A stretch of 64,000 bases of DNA from NCBI RefSeq assembly GCF_039523435.1, contig NZ_BAAAFH010000001.1, positions 1-64,000 of the forward strand, read 5' to 3'. Below, one piece after another: positions 20,339-30,991 of the stretch; position 1 is the stretch's first letter; the number at the start of each line of letters is the position of its first letter. Below the pieces are notes generated by a model. The model searched no databases, was not told where the DNA came from, and saw only the letters and a program-made list of their open reading frames with translations. This DNA comes from Wandonia haliotis. GTDB taxonomy: Bacteria > Bacteroidota > Bacteroidia > Flavobacteriales_D > Crocinitomicaceae. Both the position numbers and the translations under genes were made by a program.

Positions 20339-21433
20339 ATGAAAAGGGTAAAAATAAGCTCACTAAAAATTGGATTGATCTATAAAAATGAAAATTTTAA
20401 CCGGGTAACACTGGAAGGAAATCATTGGCTAGGTTTCAATGAGACAATTAGATCTTATGATCGATTAAAAATTTATGAAACTCTTCCTGATATGGAGCTG
20501 GTATCTAAGAACAAGGTATTCTCGGAAAATACTTGTGAAATTAATGTAAGAGAGAATGAAATAGCCTTGATCTTTGTTCGAAATCATTTTAATCAGGTAT
20601 TAACTACTGGGAGTTACTTTTACTTCAAGGGAAATACAGATATACAAGTACAGATTCATGATTTAAATTCTACAGAAGAAATTACTTCAATTGATACAGC
20701 CATATTGAGAAAACAATCCGTTATACATCATGTAGCAATTTACAAAGTAGAAAGCTATGAGAAAGGATTGTTATTTCAGAATGGAAAGTATATAAAAGAA
20801 CTTTCCGGAGGAAGTTTCGCTTACTGGTTAGGTTCAAAATCACTTGAATTATTAAAAATTGATTTGCGAAATACACAAATGGATATTTCAGGACAGGAGC
20901 TATTAACAAAAGATAAAGCAGCTGTACGCATAAATTTCCAATTAGAATATCGCGTAACTGACTGTTTTAAAGCTCTACTCGAAAACAAAGATTATTTGAA
21001 ACAACTCTACTCCAAAGGTCAGCTTGCCTTGCGCGAGTTTATAGGAACATTAACGCTAGATGAACTATTGGAATCAAAAGAAAAAGTTGCCACATCTGTT
21101 CTGGGGGCATTACAGCCAAGTACTGATGCACTTGGCGTTTCCATTACAGATGCCGGAATCAGAGACATCATACTTCCTGGTGAGGTACGAGAAATTATGA
21201 ATCAGGTTTTGATTGCAGAAAAAAGAGCTCAGGTTAATGTTATAGCCCGAAGAGAAGAAACTGCTTCCACCAGAACAATGTTAAACACAGCCAAACTAAT
21301 GGAAGAAAACGAAGTACTGATGAAACTAAAAGAAATGGAATACATTGAAAAAATAGCAGATAAAATTGGTGAGATCAAACTTTCGAGTGGAAGTGCAGTA
21401 ATTGATCAACTTGCAAAAATTCTCACCAAATAA
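20339..21433 (+). CDS. SPFH/band-7 (stomatin/prohibitin-like) domain protein with an uncharacterised N-terminal half
   Basis: C-terminal segment (TKDKAAVRINFQLEYRVTD...REIMNQVLIAEKRAQVNVIARREE) resembles an SPFH domain. Confidence 0.6.
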   Translation: MKRVKISSLKIGLIYKNENFNRVTLEGNHWLGFNETIRSYDRLKIYETLPDMELVSKNKVFSENTCEINVRENEIALIFVRNHFNQVLTTGSYFYFKGNTDIQVQIHDLNSTEEITSIDTAILRKQSVIHHVAIYKVESYEKGLLFQNGKYIKELSGGSFAYWLGSKSLELLKIDLRNTQMDISGQELLTKDKAAVRINFQLEYRVTDCFKALLENKDYLKQLYSKGQLALREFIGTLTLDELLESKEKVATSVLGALQPSTDALGVSITDAGIRDIILPGEVREIMNQVLIAEKRAQVNVIARREETASTRTMLNTAKLMEENEVLMKLKEMEYIEKIADKIGEIKLSSGSAVIDQLAKILTK

Positions 21434-21590
21434 GTACAATCAGTTTCCCTACAATCACCCTCATATCCCAAGACCTTGCAGACTTCTTTACTGCGAGGTC
21501 TTTTCATTGATACACTTTTAGTAATTTAGCTCACTTTAGTATATAAAAACATTTGACAGAAGTATTCTTAAAAAATAACTATTAGAATAG

Positions 21591-23036
21591 ATGCTTTTTA
21601 ACTCTATAGATTTCGCTATTTTCTTACCCGTAGTTTTTGCACTTTACTGGTTAATTTCTGATGCTAATCTCAGACTACAAAACTTGTTAATTGTTGCTTC
21701 CAGTTACTTATTCTATGGTTGGTGGGACTGGCGGTTTCTCTCATTAATAATTTTCAGTACACTGATTGACTTCCTTATTGGAATTCAACTTAGGAAACAA
21801 AACAATATCTTGAAAAGGAAAATTCTATTATGGACAAGTATTTTGGTCAATCTGGGATTTTTAGGATTCTTTAAGTATTATAACTTCTTTTTAGAAAATT
21901 TCATTGCTTCTTTTTCATTTTTTGGGGTAAAAATAAGCGCTGAACCGCTTCACATAATACTTCCTGTTGGAATAAGCTTTTACACCTTTCAAACTCTTAG
22001 TTATACAATTGATGTGTATCGAAAAAAGCTTGAACCAACAAATGACTTAATCGCTTTTTCTGCTTTTGTGAGCTTTTTCCCTCAACTTGTTGCCGGTCCA
22101 ATAGAACGAGCCACACACTTATTACCTCAGTTCTATACACGCCGCATTTTCGATTATTCCAAAGCAACAGATGGTTTACGCCAAATTCTCTGGGGACTTT
22201 TTAAAAAAGTTGTAATAGCTGACAGTTGTGCAGAAATCGCAGACTATATTTTTACAAATTATGCAGACCTGAATAGTAGTACTTTAATTTTAGGTGCCTT
22301 GTTTTTCACCTTCCAAATCTATGGAGATTTTTCAGGGTATTCAGATATAGCAATTGGAACTGCTAGGCTTTTCGGGTTTGACCTCATGAAAAACTTTTCT
22401 TTCCCTTATTTCTCTAGAGACATAGCCGAATTTTGGAGAAGATGGCATATTTCATTATCCACATGGTTCAGAGATTATTTATACATCCCGTTAGGAGGAA
22501 GTAAAGGTGGAAAACTGATTCAAATTCGAAATACATTCATCATATTCATTGTAAGTGGGTTTTGGCATGGAGCCAACTGGACTTTCATTGTTTGGGGGGC
22601 TTTAAATGCTGTTTATTTTTTACCACTCCTGTTAACAAATACAAACAGAAGAAATTTAGAGACTGTAGCACAGGGAAAATATTTCCCTTCTATAAAAGAA
22701 CTATCTTCAATGTCTATAACATTTGTATTAACCGTTTTTTCATGGATATTTTTCAGGGCAGAAAATATAGATCATGCTCTTAATTACATTACCGGAATCT
22801 TCTCTACATCTGTTATGGAATATCCAAACCTTGAAAATTATGATTACCAGATCACCCTATTACTTCTCATTTTATTCTTGGTTACTGAATGGACTGGAAG
22901 AAACGGACAATATGCTTTGGAAAAATTAGGATTCAAGTGGCATAGATCCATAAGATATACAATGTATTACCTTCTTATTTTTTGTATTTTCTGGTTTAGC
23001 GGTAAAGAACAACAATTCATTTATTTTCAATTCTAA
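21591..23036 (+). CDS. MBOAT-family membrane-bound O-acyltransferase (AlgI/DltB/PatA-like)
   Basis: Polytopic membrane protein with the conserved MBOAT His region (FWRRWHISLSTWFRDYLYIPLGG, FIVSGFWHG). Confidence 0.8.
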   Translation: MLFNSIDFAIFLPVVFALYWLISDANLRLQNLLIVASSYLFYGWWDWRFLSLIIFSTLIDFLIGIQLRKQNNILKRKILLWTSILVNLGFLGFFKYYNFFLENFIASFSFFGVKISAEPLHIILPVGISFYTFQTLSYTIDVYRKKLEPTNDLIAFSAFVSFFPQLVAGPIERATHLLPQFYTRRIFDYSKATDGLRQILWGLFKKVVIADSCAEIADYIFTNYADLNSSTLILGALFFTFQIYGDFSGYSDIAIGTARLFGFDLMKNFSFPYFSRDIAEFWRRWHISLSTWFRDYLYIPLGGSKGGKLIQIRNTFIIFIVSGFWHGANWTFIVWGALNAVYFLPLLLTNTNRRNLETVAQGKYFPSIKELSSMSITFVLTVFSWIFFRAENIDHALNYITGIFSTSVMEYPNLENYDYQITLLLLILFLVTEWTGRNGQYALEKLGFKWHRSIRYTMYYLLIFCIFWFSGKEQQFIYFQF

Positions 23037-23044
23037 CACAAGTG

Positions 23045-23938
23045 ATGCGACGATTTTTAAAGAAAACCCTATTTTTCCTTTTGTTACCAGTTCTTATACT
23101 AACAGTAGCATATAGTCTCTTTGCATACTATGTTAACAACACATCTACTGCTTACTATCTGGAACCAAATGTTTCAACTATTTACATAGGTGACTCGCAT
23201 ATTCAAAAAGCAATCAATGATAATATCATACCCAATAGTATTAATTTGGGACAACCTTCAGAATCTTTATACTTTTCGTATTTCAAACTCAGAATGTTTC
23301 TACAACATAATCCCTCTATAAAACAAGTCTATCTGGGTGTTGGTTACCATAACATATCGGAGTATTATGATCAATTTATATATGGTGATTTATCTGCATC
23401 TGTAACCCCTAAGTATTTTCATCTTTTACCTGCTAGTAAACAGGCTAAATTATTATTTTTAAGCGGTAAGAACATTACTCCTTTCATGAAAAGCATTATT
23501 AATGAGGGTGTGAAAATCATTTATCCCGACACAAATGGTCTCAACTTTAAAGGGAAATATCAAAATCTTTACGTAAAAAAAACTAAAGCTGTTGACTCCT
23601 CAATGAACAAACGTATACAGCACCAATATTACGATAATAATAGACTATACCCATTCTCTGAGCTCAACCTTTATTATCTGGATCAAATAAAAAAGCTTTG
23701 CGAATCCAAAAATGTAAAGCTAACAGCTCTAAATACTCCATTACACGACTACTATAAAAATAAAATCCCCAAAGTGTATCAAGAGAAATTACTTGAAATA
23801 CTTTCTAAAAGTAAAATTGATTATTTAGATCTTTCTGAACTTAAGCTGAATGAAAATTGTTACATACCAGATGGTGATCATGTTTCTGAATTAGGAGCTA
23901 AGATAGTATCGATCTACCTTAAGAGTATGTCTGACTAA
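23045..23938 (+). CDS. SGNH/DltD/AlgJ-like partner protein of the MBOAT acyltransferase
   Basis: N-terminal TM anchor, a GDSH block (IYIGDSH) and a C-terminal DGDHVS (Asp-x-x-His). Immediately downstream of the MBOAT gene. Confidence 0.55.
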   Translation: MRRFLKKTLFFLLLPVLILTVAYSLFAYYVNNTSTAYYLEPNVSTIYIGDSHIQKAINDNIIPNSINLGQPSESLYFSYFKLRMFLQHNPSIKQVYLGVGYHNISEYYDQFIYGDLSASVTPKYFHLLPASKQAKLLFLSGKNITPFMKSIINEGVKIIYPDTNGLNFKGKYQNLYVKKTKAVDSSMNKRIQHQYYDNNRLYPFSELNLYYLDQIKKLCESKNVKLTALNTPLHDYYKNKIPKVYQEKLLEILSKSKIDYLDLSELKLNENCYIPDGDHVSELGAKIVSIYLKSMSD

Positions 23939-23984
23939 CTCACTTTCATTTCACAGATGAAGTAGACCTGCTTCAAAAACCCCA

Positions 23985-25133
23985 CTATTTCTTTACAATA
24001 ATGAGTTTCTCAGAAAACGAATACTGTTTCCCCGCTCCTTTTAATAAATAACTTCCCGGACTTAGTTTACTGACACGAACAGATTGTATATCATCACCTG
24101 TTTGACGGACTACTTCACGGCCTGATTGATCTGTTATTACAATAGTGTGAATAGGATTTCCTTCCGCTTTCAGATAAATTGCCTCTAAAGAAGTTGGATT
24201 CGGCCAAACTGTCACATTGCTTTCCTTAAATTCGGGAATTGAAGCTTGCTCTGCCCGTTGGTACTGGTTGAAAAAACGCCATATCTCAATCTCCGCTTTA
24301 AAATCAAGACAAACATTTCCCGTTGAACCCGGCACAACTGTGCCCGGCCATGTATGTCCTCCTCCTATTACTTTAAATAACTCAACTGTATGCCCATTTA
24401 TACCTCCCGAATACACAACTCGTTGGGCTGTTGCATTATCATTTGTATTATTATCCGGAACGGAAGTAACCTCGGGAGTTAAATTGCAACCGTTTTGATT
24501 TGCCCAAAAGAGAACAACCTCTTCAATCCCTTTCATTGTTGAATTTCCTCCATAGGGATTAACTCCGTCCTCCGTTCCGTGAATATGAATAACAGGCATC
24601 GGGTATTGAGGCATACAATCATTGTACATTGTAACAGACATAGAACCTGTTACAGCGCCAATTGCTGCAAACCGATTGCTTTGACAGGCCAGATAATAGC
24701 TCATAAAACTCCCGTTTGACATTCCTACACAATACACTCTTTCCTGATTAATTGTATACTGAGCTGCTATAACGTCAATCAGGCTCTCCAGAAAACCTAC
24801 ATCATCAACGGTTGATCCCAGTACATTACCATAATTCCAAAAACGTTGACCAAATAAGGTAGAACCGTCTGGATGTACTACAATAAACCCCGCTGTATCT
24901 GCAATCGGTCTAAAATCACGGTATTGAGCCTGATAGGCTCCGTCAGTCCCCAAACCATGTAAGTTAATTACCAGCGGAGCAGGAGTTCCTGGAGTATAGG
25001 ATGCTGGAACATAAAAAGAATAACTTCGCTCAATTCCTCCAAAACTAAGTGTTCCGTTCACCGTGTTCTGTGTCAGAGTATGCTTTAGCCCTCCTATCGA
25101 AAAAATTAAAAATAACACATACCGTAGTAGCAT
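23985..25133 (-). CDS. Secreted esterase (PHB-depolymerase/feruloyl-esterase-like alpha/beta hydrolase) with a T9SS C-terminal domain
   Basis: Signal peptide. Esterase_phd-like region with a GMSNG nucleophile elbow. C-terminal VWPNPTSLEAIYLKAEGN...YLLKGAGKQYSFSEKLIIVKK resembles a T9SS CTD. Confidence 0.7.
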   Translation of the reverse strand: MLLRYVLFLIFSIGGLKHTLTQNTVNGTLSFGGIERSYSFYVPASYTPGTPAPLVINLHGLGTDGAYQAQYRDFRPIADTAGFIVVHPDGSTLFGQRFWNYGNVLGSTVDDVGFLESLIDVIAAQYTINQERVYCVGMSNGSFMSYYLACQSNRFAAIGAVTGSMSVTMYNDCMPQYPMPVIHIHGTEDGVNPYGGNSTMKGIEEVVLFWANQNGCNLTPEVTSVPDNNTNDNATAQRVVYSGGINGHTVELFKVIGGGHTWPGTVVPGSTGNVCLDFKAEIEIWRFFNQYQRAEQASIPEFKESNVTVWPNPTSLEAIYLKAEGNPIHTIVITDQSGREVVRQTGDDIQSVRVSKLSPGSYLLKGAGKQYSFSEKLIIVKK

Positions 25134-25263
25134 ATTTCGTTTTTACTGCAAGATACACTATAGGATACGAGTAAAACAATAGAGTCCAATATATTAACAA
25201 AAAAATGAGAGATTGTAAATTAATACAACCTCTCATTTCATTGTAGCAGTTTAAACGAAAAAC

Positions 25264-28200
25264 TTACATTTTTACAACTCTAGTAGTATATACATTACCT
25301 TTTACTTTCACTGAAACAAAATAGATTCCGGGTTCCTCTGGCAGTTCAACCGTATACGAACTAACTGAATCCAAACTCTTTTCTTTCACCTTTTTACCCA
25401 AAGCATCCATTACTATCACTTTAATAAATTCAGATTCCGATGAAATCGTAATCTGTCCGTTTGTTGGATTCGGATAAACACGTATTGTATTGAATACATT
25501 ATCCTTTATTCCTACAGATGTAACCTGAATACAGTCAGAAATTACCATACACGTTCCATTATCAATCTCAACCGCATAACTTCCATTATCTGTAGCTACA
25601 AAAGTCTGATTTGTTTCTCCGTTGATAGGTGTATTACCATTGTTACAGTCCAACCATTGATAGGAGTATCCCGAAGCATTTGCGGTCAATGTTAGTGCGT
25701 CTTCCTGTGTTATGGTATTATCAATAGATGCTATTACAATATCTTGTGTTTGCACGGAAGTATTACCGTTTCCGTCATCATAGGTCCAGGTGATAGTGGT
25801 TGATGTAGTAATGGGGAGTGTAGCGTTATGTGTCCCGGTGATTGCTCCAGTACAATTATCAGTCGCTGTCGGTGCTGTTAAACTTGTTACTTCACATTCT
25901 GCTGTAATATCGGATAGTGCTGCAACATCTGCCACCGGAGAAGTTACATCGTCAATAATGACTTCCTGCGTTTGGGTAGTTGTATTACCATTCCCGTCAT
26001 CATACGTCCAGGTGATAGTGGTTGTTGTGGTAATGGGGAGTGTAGCGTTATTTGTCCCGGTGATTGCTCCAGTACAATTATCAGTCGCTGTCGGTGCTGT
26101 TAAACTGGTTACTTCACATTCTGCTATAATATCGGATAGTGCTGCAACATCTGCCACCGGAGAAGTTACATCGTCAATAATGACTTCCTGTGTTTGAGTA
26201 GAAGTATTTCCATTCCCGTCATCATACGTCCAGGTGATGGTTGTTGTTGTGGCAATGGGAAATGTTGCATCATGTGTCCCGGTGATTGCACCTGTACAAT
26301 TATCAGTCGCTGTTGGTGCTGTTAAACTTGTTACTTCACATTCTGCTGTAATATCGGATAGTGCTGCAACATCTGCCACCGGAGAAGTTACATCGTCAAT
26401 AATGACTTCCTGCGTTTGGGTAGTTGTATTACCATTCCCGTCATCATACGTCCAGGTGATAGTGGTTGTTGTGGTAATGGGGAGTGTAGCGTTATTTGTC
26501 CCGGTGATTGCTCCAGTACAATTATCAGTCGCTGTCGGTGCTGTTAAACTGGTTACTTCACATTCTGCTATAATATCGGATAGTGTAGCAACATCGGCTA
26601 CCGGAGAAGTTACATCGTCAATAATGACTTCCTGTGTTTGGGTAGAAGTATTTCCATTGCCGTCATCATACGTCCAGGTGATAGTGGTTGTTGTGGTAAT
26701 CGGGAGTGTTGCATCATGTGTCCCGGTGATTACTTCTCCACAGTTTGTAGAAGCAGTCGGAGCTACCAAAGTACTAACACTACATTCATCACTGATTGCT
26801 GTTAGCGATGTAACATCAGGTGTTATTGTAGTTGTTATACAGGCTTGAGAGAGCATTAACTGATAATAGTCAAATCCTCCATTTGAAGTCATAGTATGCT
26901 CACCTGTCCCGGGATCAAAATCACGTATTCCCCTAAAAGATCCTACTACTAAAACGTTGTTATTTGCATCAACAGCGATACTTTCTCCATTTGCGGGCAC
27001 CAGTCCTCCGGAATTAAACGCCCAAACAAAATCACCAGTTACATCCAGCTTTACTACAAAGTAATCCTCATCGGGTACGTCTAAAATATACTCACCTGCT
27101 CCCGGATCGAAATCACATGCTTCGTCAAAATCACCTGTTATATAAACATTATCATCAGCATCTATTGCAATTCCGGCACCTGATCCATGACCGCCAACCC
27201 CGCCAAAATTCTTTGCCCATAAGTAGTTCCCGCTGGCATCTAACTGAAGTACAAAACAATCATACGGAGATCCAATAGAAGTTAACTCTGAAACCCCGGC
27301 ATTAGGATCAAAATCCACAGTTCCTCTGAATTCTCCCGTTACTACAATATCTCCTGCGGAATTTATATTAATATCACGCGAAGTATCACTATTAACCCCA
27401 CCAATCGTTTTACTCCATATATAGTCTCCTGATGTATTCAATTTAAGAATAAATACATCTTTAAATCCATTCGAAGTATAAGAAACCGTTCCTACACCAG
27501 GATCAAGATCTACCGTACTTTGCACCGCTCCTGTTACGATTGGATTTCCAAGTTCGTCCAAAATCAAACTAACTCCTGTGTCATATCCCGCACCTCCTAA
27601 CTGCTTTACCCAAAGGAAATCCCCATTGTTATCTAATTTTTGAATAAATACATCACTGTTTCCTTCGGATGACAAAGATGCAACTCCTGCACCAGGATCA
27701 AAGTCAACGGTCCCCCAAAAAGAGCCAACAGTATAGACAGATCCATCTGCGGCAACCTGAATTGATCGTGGTTGATCTCTATCCGATCCTCCAAACGTTT
27801 TCACCCAATCGAAAGCTCCTGACGCAGTTAATTTCAATATAAAGCTATCTGAATCACCTTGAGAAGTAGCTGATTCTACACCGCTGTTAGGGTCAAGGTC
27901 AGTAGTTCCTTCAAATTCTCCCGTAAGATAAATGTTTCCAGAAGCATCTGTTGTCATTTCAAAAAAACGAACTCCCAAATTACTTGTTAATGTCTTCATC
28001 ATAAGCAGATTTCCAGCCGGATCCTTTTTATACATTCTTGCCGAAGGAATTGATGTAGCATTATACCTTGCAACTAGCATATAATTATTCCCTGCATTAT
28101 CTATATGGACATCATATCCACCATCACTAGATGCCGTCCCATCGGAATAACTCCATTCATAGGTAGGTTGAGCAAAAGAAAAAGTGGTTAACAAGACAAA

Positions 28201-28266
28201 AGCTGCAAAAACCTGTAATCGTATTCGTTTATTCATTTTTCTGTTTTTATTCATTTTGGTTTTCAA
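25264..28266 (-). CDS. Large (1000 aa) secreted adhesin-like protein. It has N-terminal SBBP/beta-propeller-like repeats, about five near-identical 74-aa two-Cys tandem domains, and a T9SS C-terminal domain
   Basis: Signal peptide. Repeated 'delta-D-F-D-P' style beta-propeller motifs (GTVDFDPGAG). Five copies of VTSPVADVAALSDI[IT]AECEVTSLTAPTATDNCTGAITGT...WTYDDGNGNT. C-terminal RVYPNPTNGQITISSE...YFVSVKVKGNVYTTRVVKM. Confidence 0.75.
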   Translation of the reverse strand: MKTKMNKNRKMNKRIRLQVFAAFVLLTTFSFAQPTYEWSYSDGTASSDGGYDVHIDNAGNNYMLVARYNATSIPSARMYKKDPAGNLLMMKTLTSNLGVRFFEMTTDASGNIYLTGEFEGTTDLDPNSGVESATSQGDSDSFILKLTASGAFDWVKTFGGSDRDQPRSIQVAADGSVYTVGSFWGTVDFDPGAGVASLSSEGNSDVFIQKLDNNGDFLWVKQLGGAGYDTGVSLILDELGNPIVTGAVQSTVDLDPGVGTVSYTSNGFKDVFILKLNTSGDYIWSKTIGGVNSDTSRDININSAGDIVVTGEFRGTVDFDPNAGVSELTSIGSPYDCFVLQLDASGNYLWAKNFGGVGGHGSGAGIAIDADDNVYITGDFDEACDFDPGAGEYILDVPDEDYFVVKLDVTGDFVWAFNSGGLVPANGESIAVDANNNVLVVGSFRGIRDFDPGTGEHTMTSNGGFDYYQLMLSQACITTTITPDVTSLTAISDECSVSTLVAPTASTNCGEVITGTHDATLPITTTTTITWTYDDGNGNTSTQTQEVIIDDVTSPVADVATLSDIIAECEVTSLTAPTATDNCTGAITGTNNATLPITTTTTITWTYDDGNGNTTTQTQEVIIDDVTSPVADVAALSDITAECEVTSLTAPTATDNCTGAITGTHDATFPIATTTTITWTYDDGNGNTSTQTQEVIIDDVTSPVADVAALSDIIAECEVTSLTAPTATDNCTGAITGTNNATLPITTTTTITWTYDDGNGNTTTQTQEVIIDDVTSPVADVAALSDITAECEVTSLTAPTATDNCTGAITGTHNATLPITTSTTITWTYDDGNGNTSVQTQDIVIASIDNTITQEDALTLTANASGYSYQWLDCNNGNTPINGETNQTFVATDNGSYAVEIDNGTCMVISDCIQVTSVGIKDNVFNTIRVYPNPTNGQITISSESEFIKVIVMDALGKKVKEKSLDSVSSYTVELPEEPGIYFVSVKVKGNVYTTRVVKM
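25735..26900. repeat. Tandem array of about 5 near-identical 222-bp repeats (plus a diverged flanking copy). They sit in-frame inside the 25264..28266 gene
   Basis: Start points at 25791, 26013, 26235, 26457 and 26679 are spaced exactly 222 bp apart, with only scattered substitutions between units. Confidence 0.85.
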
Positions 28267-28356
28267 ATATATCGAAGTATAAACTCTATAAAAGTAGATT
28301 TATGTAGTTGGCAGTCTATTTACAAAAGTTGGTGGAATCTAATTATCAATCGGTAA

Positions 28357-29106
28357 TTAACTAAATCGGGCTATGAAATCCTGTTTTCGGCTACGGCTTA
28401 CTTTTAACTCTGATCCATTCACCATTTCCACATATCCATCATCAGCTTTTTTAAACCCTGTCACATGGCGCAGGTTGATAACCGTACTTTGGTGAATTCT
28501 AAAAAAACCCTGTTCAGAAAGCAAACGTTCATATTCACCCAGATTTTTACTTGTGGTTACTTTGGTTCCATCTTTCATTATAATATGGGTATAGTTTCTG
28601 TCTCCTTCCAGATGTATGATTGATTTAATTTCCAACACCCTGAAACCATCCACATTATTCACAACCAGTTTTTGAATTTCTCCATCAGCACCATAATTTT
28701 CAACAAGAATCCGTACCCGTTTATCCCGTTCCATCTTTTGTTGTCGTGTTTTTTCAGCCAGTTTTTCAACACTTTGGATAAGATCAACCGATTTAATGGG
28801 TTTCAACAAATAATCAAATGCACTGAATCGAAATGCCTTGATAGCAAATTCATTATAGGCTGTAATAAAAATAACCTCGAAATCTATCTGATCAAATTTT
28901 TCGAGCAGATCAAAACCTGTTCCCGTTTTCATCTGTACATCAAGGAAAACCAGATCCGGTTTTTTTTCCCTAATAATGGAATACCCAGTCTCGACATCAT
29001 CCCCCTCACCAACAATAACCAGTGCTTCACTTAGTTTTTTTTGTACCAGATTTTTCAATAAAAACCGGGCATCTTTTTCATCATCTATAATTACAACTCG
29101 TATCAT
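28357..29106 (-). CDS. LytTR-family response regulator
   Basis: REC (MIRVVIIDDE...FLDVQMKTGTGFD) plus a LytTR C-terminal domain. The probable start is the internal Met that overlaps the kinase stop. Confidence 0.75.
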   Translation of the reverse strand: MIRVVIIDDEKDARFLLKNLVQKKLSEALVIVGEGDDVETGYSIIREKKPDLVFLDVQMKTGTGFDLLEKFDQIDFEVIFITAYNEFAIKAFRFSAFDYLLKPIKSVDLIQSVEKLAEKTRQQKMERDKRVRILVENYGADGEIQKLVVNNVDGFRVLEIKSIIHLEGDRNYTHIIMKDGTKVTTSKNLGEYERLLSEQGFFRIHQSTVINLRHVTGFKKADDGYVEMVNGSELKVSRSRKQDFIARFS

Positions 29107-30959
29107 TATCTGATAATTGGTATGGTTAAACAAATAGTAGTCCCCCCCTCTTCTTTACTTTCAATCACTACTGCCTTTTCACCGCCTAGTCGTTGGGCGG
29201 TAATAGCCATTCCTTTAGAAGTATTTTTCTTATTCTCTTTTTGTTGAATACTGGTCGAATACCCTATTCCATTATCTGTTATTCTACAAGTAAAGATAGA
29301 TGAATCGGGTTGTTCTATTTCAATCCGGATATTCCCCTTTTTCTTCTTATTAGGAAGAATTCCATGCCATATTGCATTCTCAACATAGGGTTGAATGATT
29401 AAAGGTGGAATTAGCTTTTTAGGATTAACATCAGGAGACAAGTGGATCGTAAATACAAACTGATTATCCGTCCGCATTTGTTCCAATTGAAGATACAATT
29501 CTGTAATCTGGATTTCCTCTTCGAGAGAAATTGCATTCTTCCCACTATTATTAAGTATTCCACGTAAGAGATGGGAGAAATCTGCCATGTAATCATTTGC
29601 CAGATCTTCTTTTCCTTCAATATATAGCCGTTGAATACTATTCAGGCTGTTAAAGATAAAGTGCGGATTCATCTGAGCACGTAATACTTTTTGCTCCAAT
29701 TCCTGTTGTTTGACCTTAATTTTCAACTTGGATTGTCTGTTATAAAAATATACAAATAACAAAGTTGCGATCAATAAAAGAGAGGAAACGACAAACAAGG
29801 TAAACCGGAGTGCCGCATGTTTTTCCAGATTATCATTCTCATTCGTTAATTGCTCGATTTCAGCTTTTCGTTCGGAAGCCTGAAACTGCTCATGCAATCG
29901 ATAAATTTCATTTACTGTATTCTGGTCGACAATACTATCACTATAAGCTGTAAAATATTCCAAAGCAATCAGGGCATTTGAAAGATCTCCTTTAGCTTTA
30001 TAAACTTTATTCAGTAAAGAATATGTCTTTTTGATATCTTCTTTTGAATCACTTTTTTTGGCTAATACCAAGCTTTCTTTCAGTGTTTCTATAGCCTTGT
30101 CGTATTTTTCCATATTACGATACACTATTGCTATATTGTTCAAGATCCCTGCGGTTTCTTTATCTCCGTTTTCAAACTGCCGCACATAACTTAAAGCTTT
30201 CTGATACCCTTTTAGAGCTTTCTGATATTCTTCCTTTCTAAAGTGTAACGCTGCAAGGCCATTACTACAAGAAGCCAATGTCTTTATGTTATTAGTCCGA
30301 AGCGCATACTTATATCCCAATTCGAATTGCTGTTGTGCCTTATCCAACTTTCCTTCCGAGTAGGAGATTGCAGCTAATGTCTGGTAACTATGTGAAAGTG
30401 CATCTATCTTATATTCCTGTTGTTCGTAGATAGCAATTGCTTTCTCCAGATACTCTTTTCCATTCTCAAAATCACCTTGACGCATCGCAATGACTCCCAG
30501 GTTATTATAGTTCACTCCCATGAGTCGCGTGAACCCGTTTTCTTTGGCCAGTTTTATTGATTCTAGAGAATATCGGGAAGAATTAAGATAATCCGCCTGT
30601 TGTAAATAATACAAGGAATAGTTTCTGTAAGCTAAAGCTAACTGGTATAAATTATTGTATTTCTCAGCCTGTTTTCTATGTGCTTCTAAAGTTAGTAAAG
30701 CCTGATCCAAATCTGTATCAATCTGTTGTTTAGCCAAAGAATCCAAAACAGAAAAGATGGAGTCATTCACATGCTGTTTCTGCGCCGTAACTGTATTTAT
30801 AGTAATTGGTAAGATGAATACAAGCAGTAAAAAAAAGATGGTTTTTATTAAATGTAACAAGTCGTTTCTTTTTGGCGCACCAAATATACTTATTCTCATT
30901 TTTTTAATCCCTTCCAATGTACATCCAGCCAGAATAATCTGATTATCGGCAGTGTTCAT
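29106..30959 (-). CDS. TPR-repeat sensor histidine kinase (LytS/YehU-type His_kinase plus HATPase_c)
   Basis: N-terminal TM, TPR-like repeats, a TM segment (FTLFVVSSLLLIATLLFVYF), MNPHFIFNSLNSI, ENAIWHG, DNGIG. Confidence 0.8.
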   Translation of the reverse strand: MNTADNQIILAGCTLEGIKKMRISIFGAPKRNDLLHLIKTIFFLLLVFILPITINTVTAQKQHVNDSIFSVLDSLAKQQIDTDLDQALLTLEAHRKQAEKYNNLYQLALAYRNYSLYYLQQADYLNSSRYSLESIKLAKENGFTRLMGVNYNNLGVIAMRQGDFENGKEYLEKAIAIYEQQEYKIDALSHSYQTLAAISYSEGKLDKAQQQFELGYKYALRTNNIKTLASCSNGLAALHFRKEEYQKALKGYQKALSYVRQFENGDKETAGILNNIAIVYRNMEKYDKAIETLKESLVLAKKSDSKEDIKKTYSLLNKVYKAKGDLSNALIALEYFTAYSDSIVDQNTVNEIYRLHEQFQASERKAEIEQLTNENDNLEKHAALRFTLFVVSSLLLIATLLFVYFYNRQSKLKIKVKQQELEQKVLRAQMNPHFIFNSLNSIQRLYIEGKEDLANDYMADFSHLLRGILNNSGKNAISLEEEIQITELYLQLEQMRTDNQFVFTIHLSPDVNPKKLIPPLIIQPYVENAIWHGILPNKKKKGNIRIEIEQPDSSIFTCRITDNGIGYSTSIQQKENKKNTSKGMAITAQRLGGEKAVVIESKEEGGTTICLTIPIIR

Positions 30960-30991
30960 TGACTAAATGGTAAAAATACAGCTTACGTAAT

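Noticed and set aside
20339-21433. SPFH protein as part of the RtcB system
   Set aside because: It is separated from the operon by the tRNA-like region and about 250 bp of AT-rich spacer. No known link exists, so it is left as an unrelated neighbour.
25790-26848. Plus-strand ORFs 25790..26197 and 26234..26848 with repetitive hydrophobic peptides
   Set aside because: They are antisense read-throughs of the 222-bp tandem repeats inside the minus-strand adhesin gene. They have no start context or domain and show an identical repeat period.
25735-26900. Regularly spaced repeats considered as a possible CRISPR array
   Set aside because: The units are 222 bp and contiguous with no unique spacers. 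They are in-frame coding repeats of a protein, and no cas genes are nearby.
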